DNA of 64,000 nt from Octopus vulgaris (Eukaryota), in NCBI GenBank assembly GCA_951406725.2, contig OX597818.1, positions 32,178,001 to 32,242,000 of the forward strand, in the 5' to 3' direction. Positions 11,437-24,398 of the stretch are shown one piece after another. The notes below the pieces were generated by a model that made no database searches, was not told the origin of the DNA, and worked only from the letters and a program-made list of their open reading frames with translations. Positions within the stretch are counted from its first letter, which is position 1. The number at the start of each line of letters is the position of its first letter. The translations under genes were made by a program, and so were the position numbers.

Positions 11437-12660
11437 CAGGATGGTGCAAAAGTCTGGACCCATAGGCAATTTATTATATAACAATTTACGGTTTCCAATA
11501 AGTGTTCAAACCGATTTCCCCTTTCTTCCAAACACTTTCTTACTCGGGAGACACGTGATCTTTGCACGTTTCTGAGCATTGAGTTATTCCCTCTTATAGT
11601 TTCAATTCCTTGTGTGATGTTATCTCTTAGTGCTTGTAATGTTCTTGGTCTTTTAGCATAAACCACTGATTTAAGATGTCTCCATAAGAAAATATCTAAA
11701 GGGCTCAAATCCGGCGTTCTTGGTGGCCATTCAACCGGTTCTCAACGTCCAGTCTATTTTCTTGAAAATGTATTGTCCAAAAAACTGCGCACGTCTTTCA
11801 TCCTCCTGAAACAATATATCTCTTCGAATTGCTAATCGTACATCATCTAGGCAAGTCATAAGGAATGTTCTTAATAGATGAAGGTATGACTCACCCGTTA
11901 CCGTGTTTGGGAAGAAATAAAGAACAATTATCGTACTTCCCCATATAGCTACCCACACCATAATCCTTGGACAGTATTGGACACGCACATCCTCAATTCA
12001 CCGAGGATTTTCTGCCGACCAATACCGTGAATTATGTCTGTTAACCAAACCGTTTAAGTAAACTATTGCTTTGTCACTGAATAGAACAAGCTTTTCCATC
12101 TGTATTTGTTCTACGAACCTCTCACAGTAGTCTACACGACGATCCATGTTATTCCCATGCAACTCGTACTAGTTGCACTTTATATGGATGGAAAGGATTG
12201 CGAGACAAAATGTGGCCAATGGAACGCTTAGATACACCCGTATCTTGTGAAACTTTTCCTTATGACTTTCGTGGGCTTCCTTCCACATGTCTGTATACCG
12301 GTGCGGATATTTCAGAATCAGTTGCAGTTCTTCTTCTTCCACTTCGGGGCCGGTCGTGGACGCTTTCTGTTTCTTTAAAACGAATAAAAGTTTAGCTGAC
12401 AGTACTTTGTGTAATTGGTTGCCTATTCAGGTACTTAGCATTAAATATATCTGCGACTGAGCGCGAGCTGGCGCCAACCTTCGCATAAAGAAATACAAGT
12501 TCTACTCTTTCTGAAATTGTTAGCTTTTCTGCCATGGCTACCGATCTGAAATGACAAAAAAAAATAAAATTAGGTATAATTAAATTATCAAAATCATGTT
12601 AACGATAAGAATTACTTTTTTTATAATTTCTCTATGGCTCCAGAATTTTACACCACACCG
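11437..12660 (-). mobile_element. Tc1/mariner-superfamily transposon with a decayed transposase
   Basis: TA-flanked imperfect TIRs (caggatggtgcaaaagtctggaccca / tggctccagaattttacaccacaccg). ATG at 12535 gives MAEKLTISERVELVFLY..DRPRSGR, then LFSDKA, IMVWVAI, WPPRTPDLSPLDIFLW.HLKSVVY and FEHLL. Frameshifted. Confidence 0.9.
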
Positions 12661-12679
12661 TATATATTATAAGGTTTCT

Positions 12680-12910
12680 TATTTCTTTATTGCCCACAAG
12701 GGGCTAAACATAGGGTGGACAAACAAGGACAGACAAACGGATTAAGTCGATTACATCGACCCCAGTGCGTAACTGATACTTAATTTATCGACCTTGAGGG
12801 ATGAAAGGCAAAGTCGACTTCGGCGGAATTTGAACTCAGAACGTAGCGGCAGACGAAAACTGCCAAGCATTTCGCCCGGCGTACTAACGCTTCTGCCAGC
12901 TCGCCGCCTT
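12680..12910 (-). mobile_element. SINE family A, full length (A1 tail)
   Basis: Reverse complement of the aaggcggcgagctggcaga...gcccttgtgggcaataaagaaata consensus. Confidence 0.9.
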
Positions 12911-14543
12911 ATTGCAGGGATAAGTAACTTATCCCTGCAATATGTTACACTCCTTACAAGATTCTAAATCAGTAATGCATTATCGGAGACTCCATATACT
13001 TACAAGATATTTTGAAAAATTATTTGAATAAATGGCTAATTTTCGTTGTATTAGGCATGAAATTTCAAGTTGCTATGTGCTATCGTGAACGGACTGTATT
13101 ATATTATACATATTTCACTCTAATATCCTCAGGTTCGAGTAAATTAAAAATGGTTGCGCTGATGGTGACGTCAGCGTCGTTGCAAAGCAGACGATAGCAG
13201 CGTTATCTCCTGCGGTTGTTATAGTGAGGATGATGGTTGCTGTGATGCCTCCGGTTAAAACTAGAGAAAACAGAATTCACTAAGGATAAGTTGGAAGCGC
13301 GTCTGAAGTTGTCACTGTACTGTCAAAAATCAAAGCCACAGTCCTCAGCATCCTTCTGTCTGTCTGTCTGTTCAGCTGTCTTCCTGTCCGTCTGTATGTC
13401 TGTCTGTCCGTCTTTCCGTTCGTCTGTGTCTTCGTCTATCTTCTGTCCGTTTGTCTGTCTGTCCTGCCTGTCTATGTTCTGTCCGTCTATCTGTCCGTCC
13501 GTCTATCTGTCTGTCCGTCTTTCTGTCTGCCTGTCCATCCGTCTTCCTCTCCATCTGTCGGTCCGTCCTCTCGTTCGTCTGTTTGTCTATTTGTCTTGCT
13601 TACCTGCCTGCCTAACTCTCTGCCTTTCTAAACATCCATCTATGCGTCCATCCATTTCGAGCTGTGGCCAATGGTTTTTACCATTGTTCTATAATTACTC
13701 CAATGAAACTCAAAAATATTTCCTATTACATAACAGTCTCGCTACAATCAACTCGACTTTCCACAAAACTTTCGAATTACAGTAATAAATAATAATAAAA
13801 AAATAACTTTGTTACTCTGACTGCATAGTAATTATGATCAACATTAATAAATTCTGTCATGTAAAATTGACTACTGCCAGCAACAGCTGATATTATTATG
13901 TCAACAGTTGCAGACAGCGACCAGACTTAATCTTTATTTCTGTGTGTGATTTATAAGATTTGAAAACAAATTAGTTTGCAGATTAACTCATGATACAGCA
14001 AGAACAGAATTATTATAAGAAAATCTGTTTCAGTTAATGAATTTTCAGTGAATTTAAACACACAGCATTTCAGCATGGGAACGACATACATACATACACA
14101 CATACATACATACATACATACATACATACATACATACATACATACATACATAGTGATTGCTCCATCTTCACAGAGGATTGCCGTGTCCTTGTATTTCTTC
14201 GTTGCCAATAGCATTTCCAACTTTCCACCCGTGACCTCTCAGATGATTATTCAATCCCATTGCAGATCTGCATAGGTGACCGGCGAAAGTTGTAACGCAG
14301 TGTGTGCTTCGAACTGGTTAGATCGGCACATGTTGCCACTCTTTTTATAGCCTGGATTTTCAGAAAATGAAATCAACCAACTGACTCTCACATTGCAGAT
14401 GCAATCTGTAAGTGGAACAGTAAAATTATGCAAGACTATTCTAAGTTTTAAAATGTAACATTGTTTTCGTTATCTACATTCCAACGATGGAACTTTGTAT
14501 CTTTATTCGAAACCAGCTCCTTCTTCAATGGAAGTATTTAAAT

Positions 14544-15210
14544 CAGAGGTTCCCAAACTTATTTTGCTTGTGGACCCCCTCAGAGCTATCTTATCATCAG
14601 TGAACCTCATATAAGCACTTTTTTTTACTTGTTTCAGTCATTGGACTGTGGCCATGCTGGAGCACCGCATATAGTCGAGCAAATCGACCCCAGGACTTAT
14701 TCTATCGGTCTCTTTTGCCAAACCGCTAAGTTACGGAGACGTAAACACACCAACATCGGTTGTCAAGCGCGAGGTGGGGTAGGGGGTAAACATAGACTCA
14801 TAAACACACACACATACATATATATATATACATATATACGACGGGCTTTTTTCAGTTTCAGTCTACCAAATCCACTCACAAGGTTTTGGTCGGCCAAGGT
14901 GCCACGCAATGGGACTGAATCCGGAACCATGTGGTTCGTAAGCAAGCTACTTACCACACAGCCTATACTTGTAAATTTTAAAAATAAAATATTTATTTAT
15001 ATGTTAGTAAAATCTAACAATGAAACAATTTCGTTATATTCATAACAAATTCCAAATACAAATCTTGAAAACTTCAATAAATACAGGTACCCCTCCTTGT
15101 AAACAAAATAAAATATATGAACCCACAAACTACAATTTTTTACTCGTGAACCCCTTTAAAGCTTCTGTGGACCCTTGGAGGTCCATGTGGACCCCGGTTG
15201 GGAAATCTTG
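14544..15210. mobile_element. hAT (Charlie-like) MITE
   Basis: Termini CAGAGGTTCCCAA / TTGGGAAATCTTG. Perfect 8-bp TSD ATTTAAAT at 14536-14543 and 15211-15218. Confidence 0.85.
14620..14964 (-). mobile_element. SINE family B nested in the hAT MITE
   Basis: tttacttgtttcagtcattggactgtggccatgctggagcaccgc...cttaccacacagcc. Confidence 0.88.
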
Positions 15211-15304
15211 ATTTAAATAATTAAAGGCAGAAAGGAACATACATACATGCATATATACATACATATATGCATACATACATATATGCATACATACATCTAC
15301 GTAC

Positions 15305-15515
15305 TAAGTTAAAACACAACTGGCCAGATATTGTTGTGTGGTACCACCACAAAGAAAAGATATGTTCAGTTTTGGAAATCAGCTGACTCCTGGATACGAA
15401 TGTGCTTATAAAAATACAAGACAAAGAGAATATCTATGGACCATTGATAAGATGTTTGCAAATACAGTACCCAAGATATACTTTCAGCCATACCCATCAT
15501 TAGAGGAGCAACAAG
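15305..15515 (+). pseudogene. Restriction-like endonuclease fragment of an R4/Dong/R2-group non-LTR retrotransposon
   Basis: Translates as KHNWPDIVVWYHHKEKICSVLEIS*LLDTNVLIKIQDKENIYGPL..YP.Y..IPIIRGAT, matching the HNRPD..E..K..KY..P.I.GA.G pattern. Confidence 0.75.
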
Positions 15516-15529
15516 TTAAATTAAGTACC

Positions 15530-16051
15530 TATTTCTTTACTACCCACAAGGGGCTAAACACAGAGAGGACAAACAAGGACAAACAAACGGATTAAGTCGA
15601 TTATATCGACCCTAGTGCGTAACTGGTACTTATTTAATGGACCCCGAAAGGATGAAAGGCAAAGTCTACCCAAGATATACTTTCAGCCATACCCATCATT
15701 AGAGGAACAACAAGTTAAATTAAGTACCTATTTCTTTACTACCCACAAGGGACTAAACACAGAGAGGACAAACAAGGACAAACAAACGGATTAAGTCGAT
15801 TATATCGACCCCAGTGCGTAACTGGTACTTATTTAATGGACCCCGAAAGGATGAAAGGCAAAGTCGACCTCGGCGGAATTTGAACTCAGAAGGTAGCGGC
15901 AGACGAAATACCGATAAGCAATTCGCCCGGGGCGCTAGCGAGTCTGCCAGCTCGCCAAGATAAATTAAGTACCAGTTACGCACTGAGGTCTATCTAATCG
16001 ACTGGCCCCCACCCCCCAAATTTTGGGCCTTGTACCTAGAGTAGAAAAGAA
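15530..16051. mobile_element. SINE A (minus, partly duplicated) inserted into a plus-strand SINE A remnant
   Basis: Minus copies at 15530-15666 and 15729-15958; plus A2-tail remnant at 15961-16051. TAAATTAAGTACC flanks both sides. Confidence 0.8.
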
Positions 16052-16666
16052 GATAATGGTACGTTTAGTTCGTGAGCAAAACACTTCATTTCACGTTATA
16101 GACGTCCACTTAGTTGTTAATGATTAACGGACTGGAGTTCCGTTCAAGGGGAATTTTTAGCCTGTCCATCCAGCCAGCGGGTGGCCTCATTTGAAATCTA
16201 CAACAATGCGTGGTAGCGCACTCTAACCAGCGATGCATGACCACAACTGACGGTCTGGTCACTCCAGTGATATGTATGCATAAGTGTGTGTGTAGGCGTG
16301 TGTTTATACACACACACACACACGTGAATGTGCATGTGTGTAGATGTATGTATGCGCGCCTGCATATGCGTGCGGGTGCATGAGTGTGTTTGTAGATGTA
16401 TGTGTGTGCGTACGTATGTGTGTAGGTGTATGTGTCTGTTCATATGTGTACGTCTGTGCAGGTGTGTAGATGTATGTGTGCGTGTATATATGTGTATGTA
16501 AACGTGTGTGTGTACGTGCATATGTGTAGTTGCATGTGTATGCAAGTACATGCGTGTGTACATGAATGTGTGTGTGCGTGCATAAGTATGTGTAGATGTG
16601 TATGTCTACTTATGTTTGTATATATGTATATATATACGTATATGTATATCTATATCTATTTATCTA

Positions 16667-16727
<61 letters not shown>

Positions 16728-17709
16728 GTATATATATATATATATATATGCGTGGATGTGCATGAGAGTTATAAACTGTGGACATGGGTTAATTATGAAT
16801 TAGCTCATACGCGTTCACATACAATTGTACATCTCTGTATAAATAACTAAATAACTTATTTTAAACTACAGAGACCCATTTGTAGTAGGAAACAGTGACC
16901 AGCTCAGATGGCTTCATTGAATTTGTTGAGCTCTTCTCGAGGTCATATACCAGAGAGAGGCCTGTGGTTTTAGCCACAGGAGTTGGTTTACACAACCAAG
17001 CAGATTGTATGTTTCTTAATTGTTCGCACGTGAAAATATTCAAAATTAATCACATAGCTACATAGATATAAATACGATTAAATGTATGTATATATAAGTA
17101 TATATATATATGTATATGTGTGTATGTATGTGGGTATATATGTATGTATATGTGAATATATATGTATATATATATATGTATATATGTGAATATATGTGTA
17201 TGCATATATGTATATATATATATATATATATGTGTGTGTGAAGATATGTGTATGTGTGTGTGTAAGTATACACGTGTGTGTGTACATACTGTAAACGAAT
17301 TACAATAATAAGGACCACACAGTTGTTACAGCTGCAAACTTAGATCATCAATAGGCATTACGAAGGCGGAGGGGTGGGGCTTGAAAAATGGTCGGATTAT
17401 ATAGGAACAAGGCTGCAAGGAGTGGCAACAGCAAAGAGAATAACAATACACACACACATACACACACACATATATATATAGGCACACACACACATAGGCA
17501 CACACATACACACACACATAGGCACACACACATACAGACACACACACATACATAGGCACACACTCGCACACACATATGCATAAAACCCCTTCATCTGCTC
17601 CGTGTCCCCTCCATTCCTCTCCCGTCTCGTTGCTTTTTCTCTATTCTTTTGATTCTCTCTTCTTATTCTCCTTAATGTGTGTGCATACGTGTGTGTGTAT
17701 GTGTGTGCA

Positions 17710-17761
<52 letters not shown>

Positions 17762-17958
17762 CCTATATATGCGTATGTATGAGCAGCGTGTTATTTATAC
17801 ACATGCATAAATTAGAAATGTATATTTAATAAAGACGGAACATACGGGTGTCTGTATATATCTACGTCTATTTCTAGCTAGCCCCACTTTCTCTGCTTCT
17901 TTCTTTCTATATCCCTCCAGTTGTCATAATATACATCTGTGCAAACATTATATCTATA

Positions 17959-18000
<42 letters not shown>

Positions 18001-18098
18001 CATACGTGGTAAATGCCGTCCGGGGGCAAATAAGAAATATGGCAGCAAGCAGATGAAAAGTGCAATTTCTTAGCGAAAGCTCTAATTGATTTGAAACA

Positions 18099-18462
18099 AG
18101 GCGTGGCTGTGCCATAAAAAGTTAACTTCTCAACCACATGGCTCTATGGTCGGTCCTACTGCGTGGCACTTCGGGCAAGTGTCTTCTGCTATAGCCTTGT
18201 GAGAGGGTTTTGTAGGTGGAAACTGAAAGAAGCCCATCGCATATATACAAACATACATGTGTATGTGCGTGCTTGCGTACGTGCGTGTGTGTGTGTGTTT
18301 GTGGTTTCCGTTTGGTTACGTCATCATAACTTAGTGGTTTGGCAAAAGAGAGCGACAGAGTAAGTACCTAGCTTAAAAGAAAAGAAATGCTAGGGTCAGT
18401 TTGTGCGACAAAACCCTTCCATGCAGTGTCCCAGCATGGCCGCAGTCCAATGAGTGAAACAA
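18099..18462 (+). mobile_element. SINE family B, diverged
   Basis: aggcgtggctgtg...ggcacttcgggcaagtgtctt...cccagcatggccgcagtccaatgagtgaaac. Confidence 0.8.
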
Positions 18463-18499
18463 TACCTATACTCTACCTCCAGTGTCAGAGTACTTTTTC

Positions 18500-18915
18500 T
18501 ACTTTGTTTCACATTTATGTGCTTACTCTGGTAAGTGACTGAGCACTCTACAGACACGTGTGTACCCTTAAAGTAGTTCTCTAGAAAATTCAGTGAGATA
18601 GATTTGACGAAGCTGGACCTTTGAAAATAGAGGTACTACTCATTTTTTCCAGGTGAGTGGACTGAAGCAACTTGAAGTAAAGAGTCATGTCCAAGGGCAC
18701 AACGCACCACCTGGAATCGAACCGACGACCATACGACCGTGAGCCGAATACCCTAACCACTAAGCCCCACAATCTCACTGTATTTAACTGGGCCAGCCTT
18801 GTCACATTCTGAGCCATGCTGAATGCCCCTGAGAACTATGTTAATTTCACGAGCAAGTTGTTCCATTGATCGGATCAACTGGGACAATTATTGTCATAAT
18901 CGACGGAATGCCAGT
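18500..18915. mobile_element. tRNA-derived SINE (minus, to 18772) plus an inverted tail fragment of the same family (18790-18915)
   Basis: Minus-strand head GGGCTTAGTGGTTAGGG..GGTTCGATTCC. The ccagc..gtca.at..ctgaat..gagaacta block occurs in both orientations. Confidence 0.65.
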
Positions 18916-20136
18916 TTTTTTAAAAATAAATATTATCACACATACAATATGATAGAAATTGTTAATTGCATTTTACGCAGTTCTGTTTACACATATGCAT
19001 ATATATGCGTAACCATGTACACACACTCATGAAAGGCTAACACAGAGAATATCTGAAGTAATGATGTATATGGATACAATCCTATTCTCCAGACCAAATT
19101 AATAAAGATAGAAAAAAAACTATACATGCGCACACTGCTCACTCCGTAATAGCAGTTAGGTAACGCAGGTAAAATAAGTTCTTCTTTCATGTCAACTTTA
19201 TAAATTTTAATTGGAGTGTACATATGTGCATTGCTATTTTTTGCTTTGCTTTACCGCTCCTGAGAGCCTTACTCCTGTTTGATGTAAATTGTTACAGCCG
19301 AGAGATAATTAGGAACATTTTTCATTGAAATGTATTGGAGAAGAAACTTTGATTTAATGTCGCACTTGGACGTTATCAAGATCATACTATAAAGTAGTTA
19401 GATAGTAGTGGCTCTCATAAGAGGCTTGTATGCATAAACGTCTCCGTATGCATACAGTAGGAAGCGGAGGTTAACCTAAGTTAATCCAGCATTCATCTTG
19501 AGCGTTACCACAAATATAGCGACAGTCTTTTTAGTTCTCTTAAGATATTTTTCACCATCAAACAAATACAACACCTAACATTTCAACGTGCATAACGTTA
19601 ACGTTAGCTATTCCTGTACATCAGACACTACGGCCGATTGCATACACATCCACACTCTCCGTGTCTACATCAAGCGTGCAAGTATGGAATCCCACTACCA
19701 ATCATCTCATGAGATTCTGTCTTTTAAAAGCAATAATATATCGAGTCGAACATCTATAACAAGTGGGGATAGTATCGATAGGATTTCACGGACTCACTAC
19801 AAACACCTTCAAAACCGTGATTATTAACATACATATTACTCCGTATCAAGGAACAACAAAAATTTCACATTCGTTTCCCAATTCATCTGGAAACATACCG
19901 ATGCAATTGTTGTCTATTGATGATTCGAGATCTGGATCCAGAGGTTTTCTTAAAACCATAGCAGTCTAGCCAGCTATAATCTTGACTTGCTGCAAAGTTG
20001 CCCAGATGGTGCGCTGCCGCGACGCGAAAATTGTTTCAATCATTCATCGCTTCACCAAATATTACTTCAGCGATCGTATGTCTGCCTTACGTACATGAAA
20101 CTCCAAGCAGTACTTTTATCAATTAATTTCATATAG

Positions 20137-20192
<56 letters not shown>

Positions 20193-20702
20193 TGTGTATG
20201 TATTTGTATGTGTGTGTTTGTGTGTGTTTTTGTTTGTGTGTGTGTGTTTGTGTGTGTAATCATGTTTACACACACGCACACACACTGTCCACACATATTT
20301 AGAAAGATGATGAATGAGGGATTATGTCTGTATGTAAGTCTATCTATCTAACTTGCTAACATTTCCTCCCCCACCACGCATTTCTCTCATTCCCTCTCTG
20401 TATTTACATCTGTTTTCTCATACTTATTACATTCATCTCCCTTGCTTCTTTCCTTCTCTCTACCTCCCTCGTTCTCCTCTCCCTGCCTCCGTCTTCCGGC
20501 TGCAGCGAAATGGTTGAATAGACGAGCTGTTGAACTAAAACTCATCATTCACTGGCTCAAATCACCGGTGATCAGTATATTTCTGTCGTACATACTACCT
20601 CAGTTTACTTACTCTCTCATAACAGGCATCACAGCTTAGGAAAATTGCTTACTGTAGTAACGAATGTCTCGTCCAAGTGGAGGGCATATTTTGTCAGTTT
20701 CT

Positions 20703-21120
20703 TATTTATTTACTGCCCACAAGGGGGGACACACAGAGGGGACAAACAAAGACAGACAAACGGATTAAGCCGATTAGATCGACCCCAGTGCGTAATTGGT
20801 AGTTATTTAATCGACCCCGAAAGGGATGAAAGGCAAAGTCGACCTCGGCGGAATTTGAACTCAGAACGTAGCGGCAGGCGAAATACCTATTTCTTTACTA
20901 CCCACAAGGGGCTAAACACACAGAGGATAAACAAGGACAGACAAACGGATTAAGCTGATTATATCGACCCCAGTGCGTAACTGGTACTTATTTAATCGAC
21001 CCTGAAAGGGATGAAAGGCAAAGTCGACCTCGGCGGAATTTGAGCTCAGAACGTAGCGACAGACGAAATACTGCTAAACATTTCGTCCGGCGTGCTAACG
21101 TTTCTGCCAGCTCGGCGCCT
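20703..21120 (-). mobile_element. SINE family A tandem dimer
   Basis: One head and two tandem bodies. Perfect 16-bp TSD TATTTTGTCAGTTTCT at 20687-20702 and 21121-21136. Confidence 0.92.
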
Positions 21121-21985
21121 TATTTTGTCAGTTTCTGAATGCGACAGTAACCTGCGTTTCAGGGCTAGATTTTACAGATATTGTTTTATTTCAATACTAA
21201 TCTGATTCATTGGATTGTTGGTGTGCTGGTGCTACACTATGAAGTTCCTTGGCAATTATTTCGACATTCAGTACCTGGTTGGTGCTTATTTTATTGACTT
21301 CGGTGGGATTTGAACTCAGAATGTAAGAAACCTAACAATTGCTACAGGGTGTTTTGTGTTAAGACCTTACTGATTCAGCCATTCATCGCCATTTAATAGC
21401 TCCAAGCATTTTTCTCCTAGCTCTTACTCCTCGTAGTTAGCTGCTAAACCTGTTAGAAAGAAGAGCCAAATCACTCAGTCCACACGCTATCATTTTAAAT
21501 AAAGGGAAGAACACTTTTAGATATATTACTTCTAGCTATACATAAAGATGAGTTGGTCACGGCTGGAATACCTTTAGATATAGGCCTGCTTGATTTGGGA
21601 TCACCTGTTTTTTACTCAATATAATCTGTCACCACTTGTTTTCTATGTTCATGGGTTATTTTTCCTCTTACAACAGTGGTTATCAACCATTTGTATTTCG
21701 GCGCTACCTTTCAATGAATGGTGTTTCACAAACGTCCATTCTTCATGTCTTCAAAAAACGTTAAACAGATGTTTATTTTTATCGGGCAGGAATTAATTTT
21801 GTGCATTGATTTATTATCCGCATGGTTTTATTATTATCCAATTCAGTATATGCTTCTATTTAGATATTTGCATGGACTAGTGCCCTCCGTGAAATATTTG
21901 CAGAAATTACTAACGGTAAGGGCTTGTAATAAAATTATGTTAGATCTTGGCGTATCATCTGTCATGTTTCTGCTCACTGATTATA

Positions 21986-22750
21986 CATCACTCTACTCAT
22001 ATTCTAATCCCGACAGAGAGTTTTGCAGTATCTAAAATAAAAATATTGTACCAAATTTAGATATTTTATTTCCGAGAAAAACCACGACCTTTCTAATAAA
22101 AACACAGCGCTCCTTGACGTTCGTCGCCGGCTCGTGAACTTACAACGACTCCAAAGGCCTTTTGGATCTTTTCGGTTTGAACGGCAGTTTTTAACATAAT
22201 TTCTAGGTAACTAAAAAAATTTAAACTTCGTATACTGGTAGAATGTGTTTATAAAACATCTTTTTCTCTTGGCTTTATTGAGAAAATTCTATAGTTTGTA
22301 AGATATTTGTTGTTTTTTTTTCTTCAATTTCTACAATTTCAACCAATCACTGACGTCTATTGAGGTAAAAACATTCTGTGCCGTATGAATATGCCCCTCG
22401 TTTAAGAAACAGATTGGGTTTATTTACATTTGTGAAGAAAAAAAATACCCTTCCTCCCACCCCTAACCCTAAAACAGATTGAAATGCAATAGATCGATAC
22501 TAGGGTCATAATTATGGGTGACAATTTCATATGACACCGCTAGAAAAACTGCCATTCAAACCGAAAAGATCCCATCACTCTACTCATATTCTAATCCCGA
22601 CAGAGACTTTTGCTATATTTAAAATAAAAATATTGTACCAAATTTAGATATTTTATTTCCAAGAAAAATCACGACCTTTCTAATAAAAACACAGCGCTCC
22701 TTGACATTCGTCACCGGCTTGTGAGCTTACAACAACTCCAAAGGCCTTTT
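21986..22750 (+). repeat. ~178-bp direct repeats exactly flanking the MITE
   Basis: catcactctactcatattc...ccaaaggcctttt at 21986-22163 and 22573-22750. Confidence 0.92.
22164..22572 (+). mobile_element. MITE with ~28-bp TIRs and an internal CCCTAA motif
   Basis: GGATCTTTTCGGTTTGAACGGCAGTTTT ... AAAACTGCCATTCAAACCGAAAAGATCC. A second copy is at 8.1-8.5 kb. Confidence 0.88.
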
Positions 22751-23041
22751 ACACCCCCGTCAGGCTCTAACGCATTAAAATAAATACAGAGGTGAAATGG
22801 TTGAGTGAACGAAAAGAGAAGTACTGATTCCTAGTTTGAGTTCAACACATCTGAAAATGTTTCATCATAGAGAGGATACATATATGTGTCAGCTGTAGGT
22901 ATCAAACTATTTGTGGGTGAGGTACATTATGTTGCCAAATGTCCTGTGTCTAAGATGATTTATCGCTTCTACTTTTCGCTTAGAAAACGGTGTTTAAATG
23001 CTGTTATACTGAAAACTTGGAACGATTATATAGAGTTTAAA

Positions 23042-23432
23042 TCTATATATATAATGCTGAAGTTGTCTGTGTATGGCAGGTTTGGTAGCCTTCAACTAAC
23101 ACTATCTCCTCCGAGACCCTGCGGCGCAAGTTGACCAAAATTGAGAGTATGATAGAAGAAGGCTTGCTCTTTCTTCCATAGAAGAAAAATCTCAAATCGG
23201 ACCATGTTAACACCAAAAATTATTTACATCAAAAAGGTGCTTTTTTTCTATGAAAATCCCTATTTTTTACGATTTTATTTACTGCTGTGTCGCCATTTTA
23301 CGGTGTATTTCAACCAAAAAAATGTTCACTTAAAGAGAATAACAAGCTACATAATGCAAAATATTTACTTTTCAAAAATTCCAATTCTAAAGGGTCGAAA
23401 CAAACCCGAGAAAAGCCGGGCGATACTGCTAG
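23042..23432 (+). mobile_element. Non-autonomous Helitron
   Basis: 5' TC(tatatatataa), subterminal hairpin CCCG..CGGG, 3' CTAG, inserted between A and T, no TSD. Confidence 0.88.
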
Positions 23433-23751
23433 TAATATGTAAGTTTAGGAGGCGACACAGAGAGGGGAGGAAGAATAAGGGGTGGGGGAGAAGGGAGAGA
23501 AGAAATTAGCAGGAACTTTTGAAAGAGTGGGAAAGAAAAGAAAAAACAATTAGAAAAATGGAAGGAATAGAGTAAAATGAAAGGGATGCTCAATTAAGGG
23601 TGACTAAATGGAGAATAATAAAAGCTGAGAATGATAAAAAGACAGAAGAAAGGAGAAAAGTGGGTTAACTCCTTTACCACAACTCGATATAATTTTTCTG
23701 AAGCAAAATTTCGAGTAGTCTATATATAGAATATATAGTAATGTAATGCAG

Positions 23752-23792
<41 letters not shown>

Positions 23793-23796
23793 TAAC

Positions 23797-23833
<37 letters not shown>

Positions 23834-23839
23834 TGATAT

Positions 23840-24258
23840 ATATTATCCTTTCTACAAAAGGCACATGGCCTGAAATTTTTGGTGGGAGGGGAGCAGTCGA
23901 TTACATCGACCCCAGTGATTCACTGGTACTTAATTTATCGACCCTGAAAGGATGAAATGCAAAGTCGACCTCGACGGAATTTGAACTCAGAACGTAAAAA
24001 CGGACGAAATGCCGCTAAGCATTTCCCCCGGCGTGCTAACGATTCTGCCAGCTCGCCGCTTTAAATATTCTTTTCTACTCTAGGAACAAGGCCCGAAGTT
24101 TTCGAGGAGGTGGGGTGGGGGCAGTTGATTAGATCGACCCCAGTACACAACTGGTACTTAATTCATCGACCCCGAAAGGATGAAAGGTAAAGTCGACCTC
24201 TGCGGAATTTTAACTCAGAACGTAGACACGGGTGAAATACCGCTAAACATTTCGTCCA
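23840..24258 (-). mobile_element. Two adjacent SINE family A copies (A2 tail)
   Basis: Copies at ~23840-24062 and ~24066-24258; the tail is the reverse complement of gggccttgttcctagagtagaaaagaata. Confidence 0.85.
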
Positions 24259-24350
24259 GTTGGGGACAGCTGACACTTTCCATCATACCCAGCAAAATAT
24301 GCTGTGAGTTTTCTTCAAATAACCATCACAACAACAATGACAACAACAGC

Positions 24351-24398
<48 letters not shown>

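Noticed and set aside
14150-14330. Exon-like unique block next to (TACA)n
   Set aside because: All minus-strand frames hit stops or lack a credible acceptor; more likely an old repeat tail.
19588-19969. Overlapping short ORFs in unique sequence
   Set aside because: No recognisable motif or splice-site pair.
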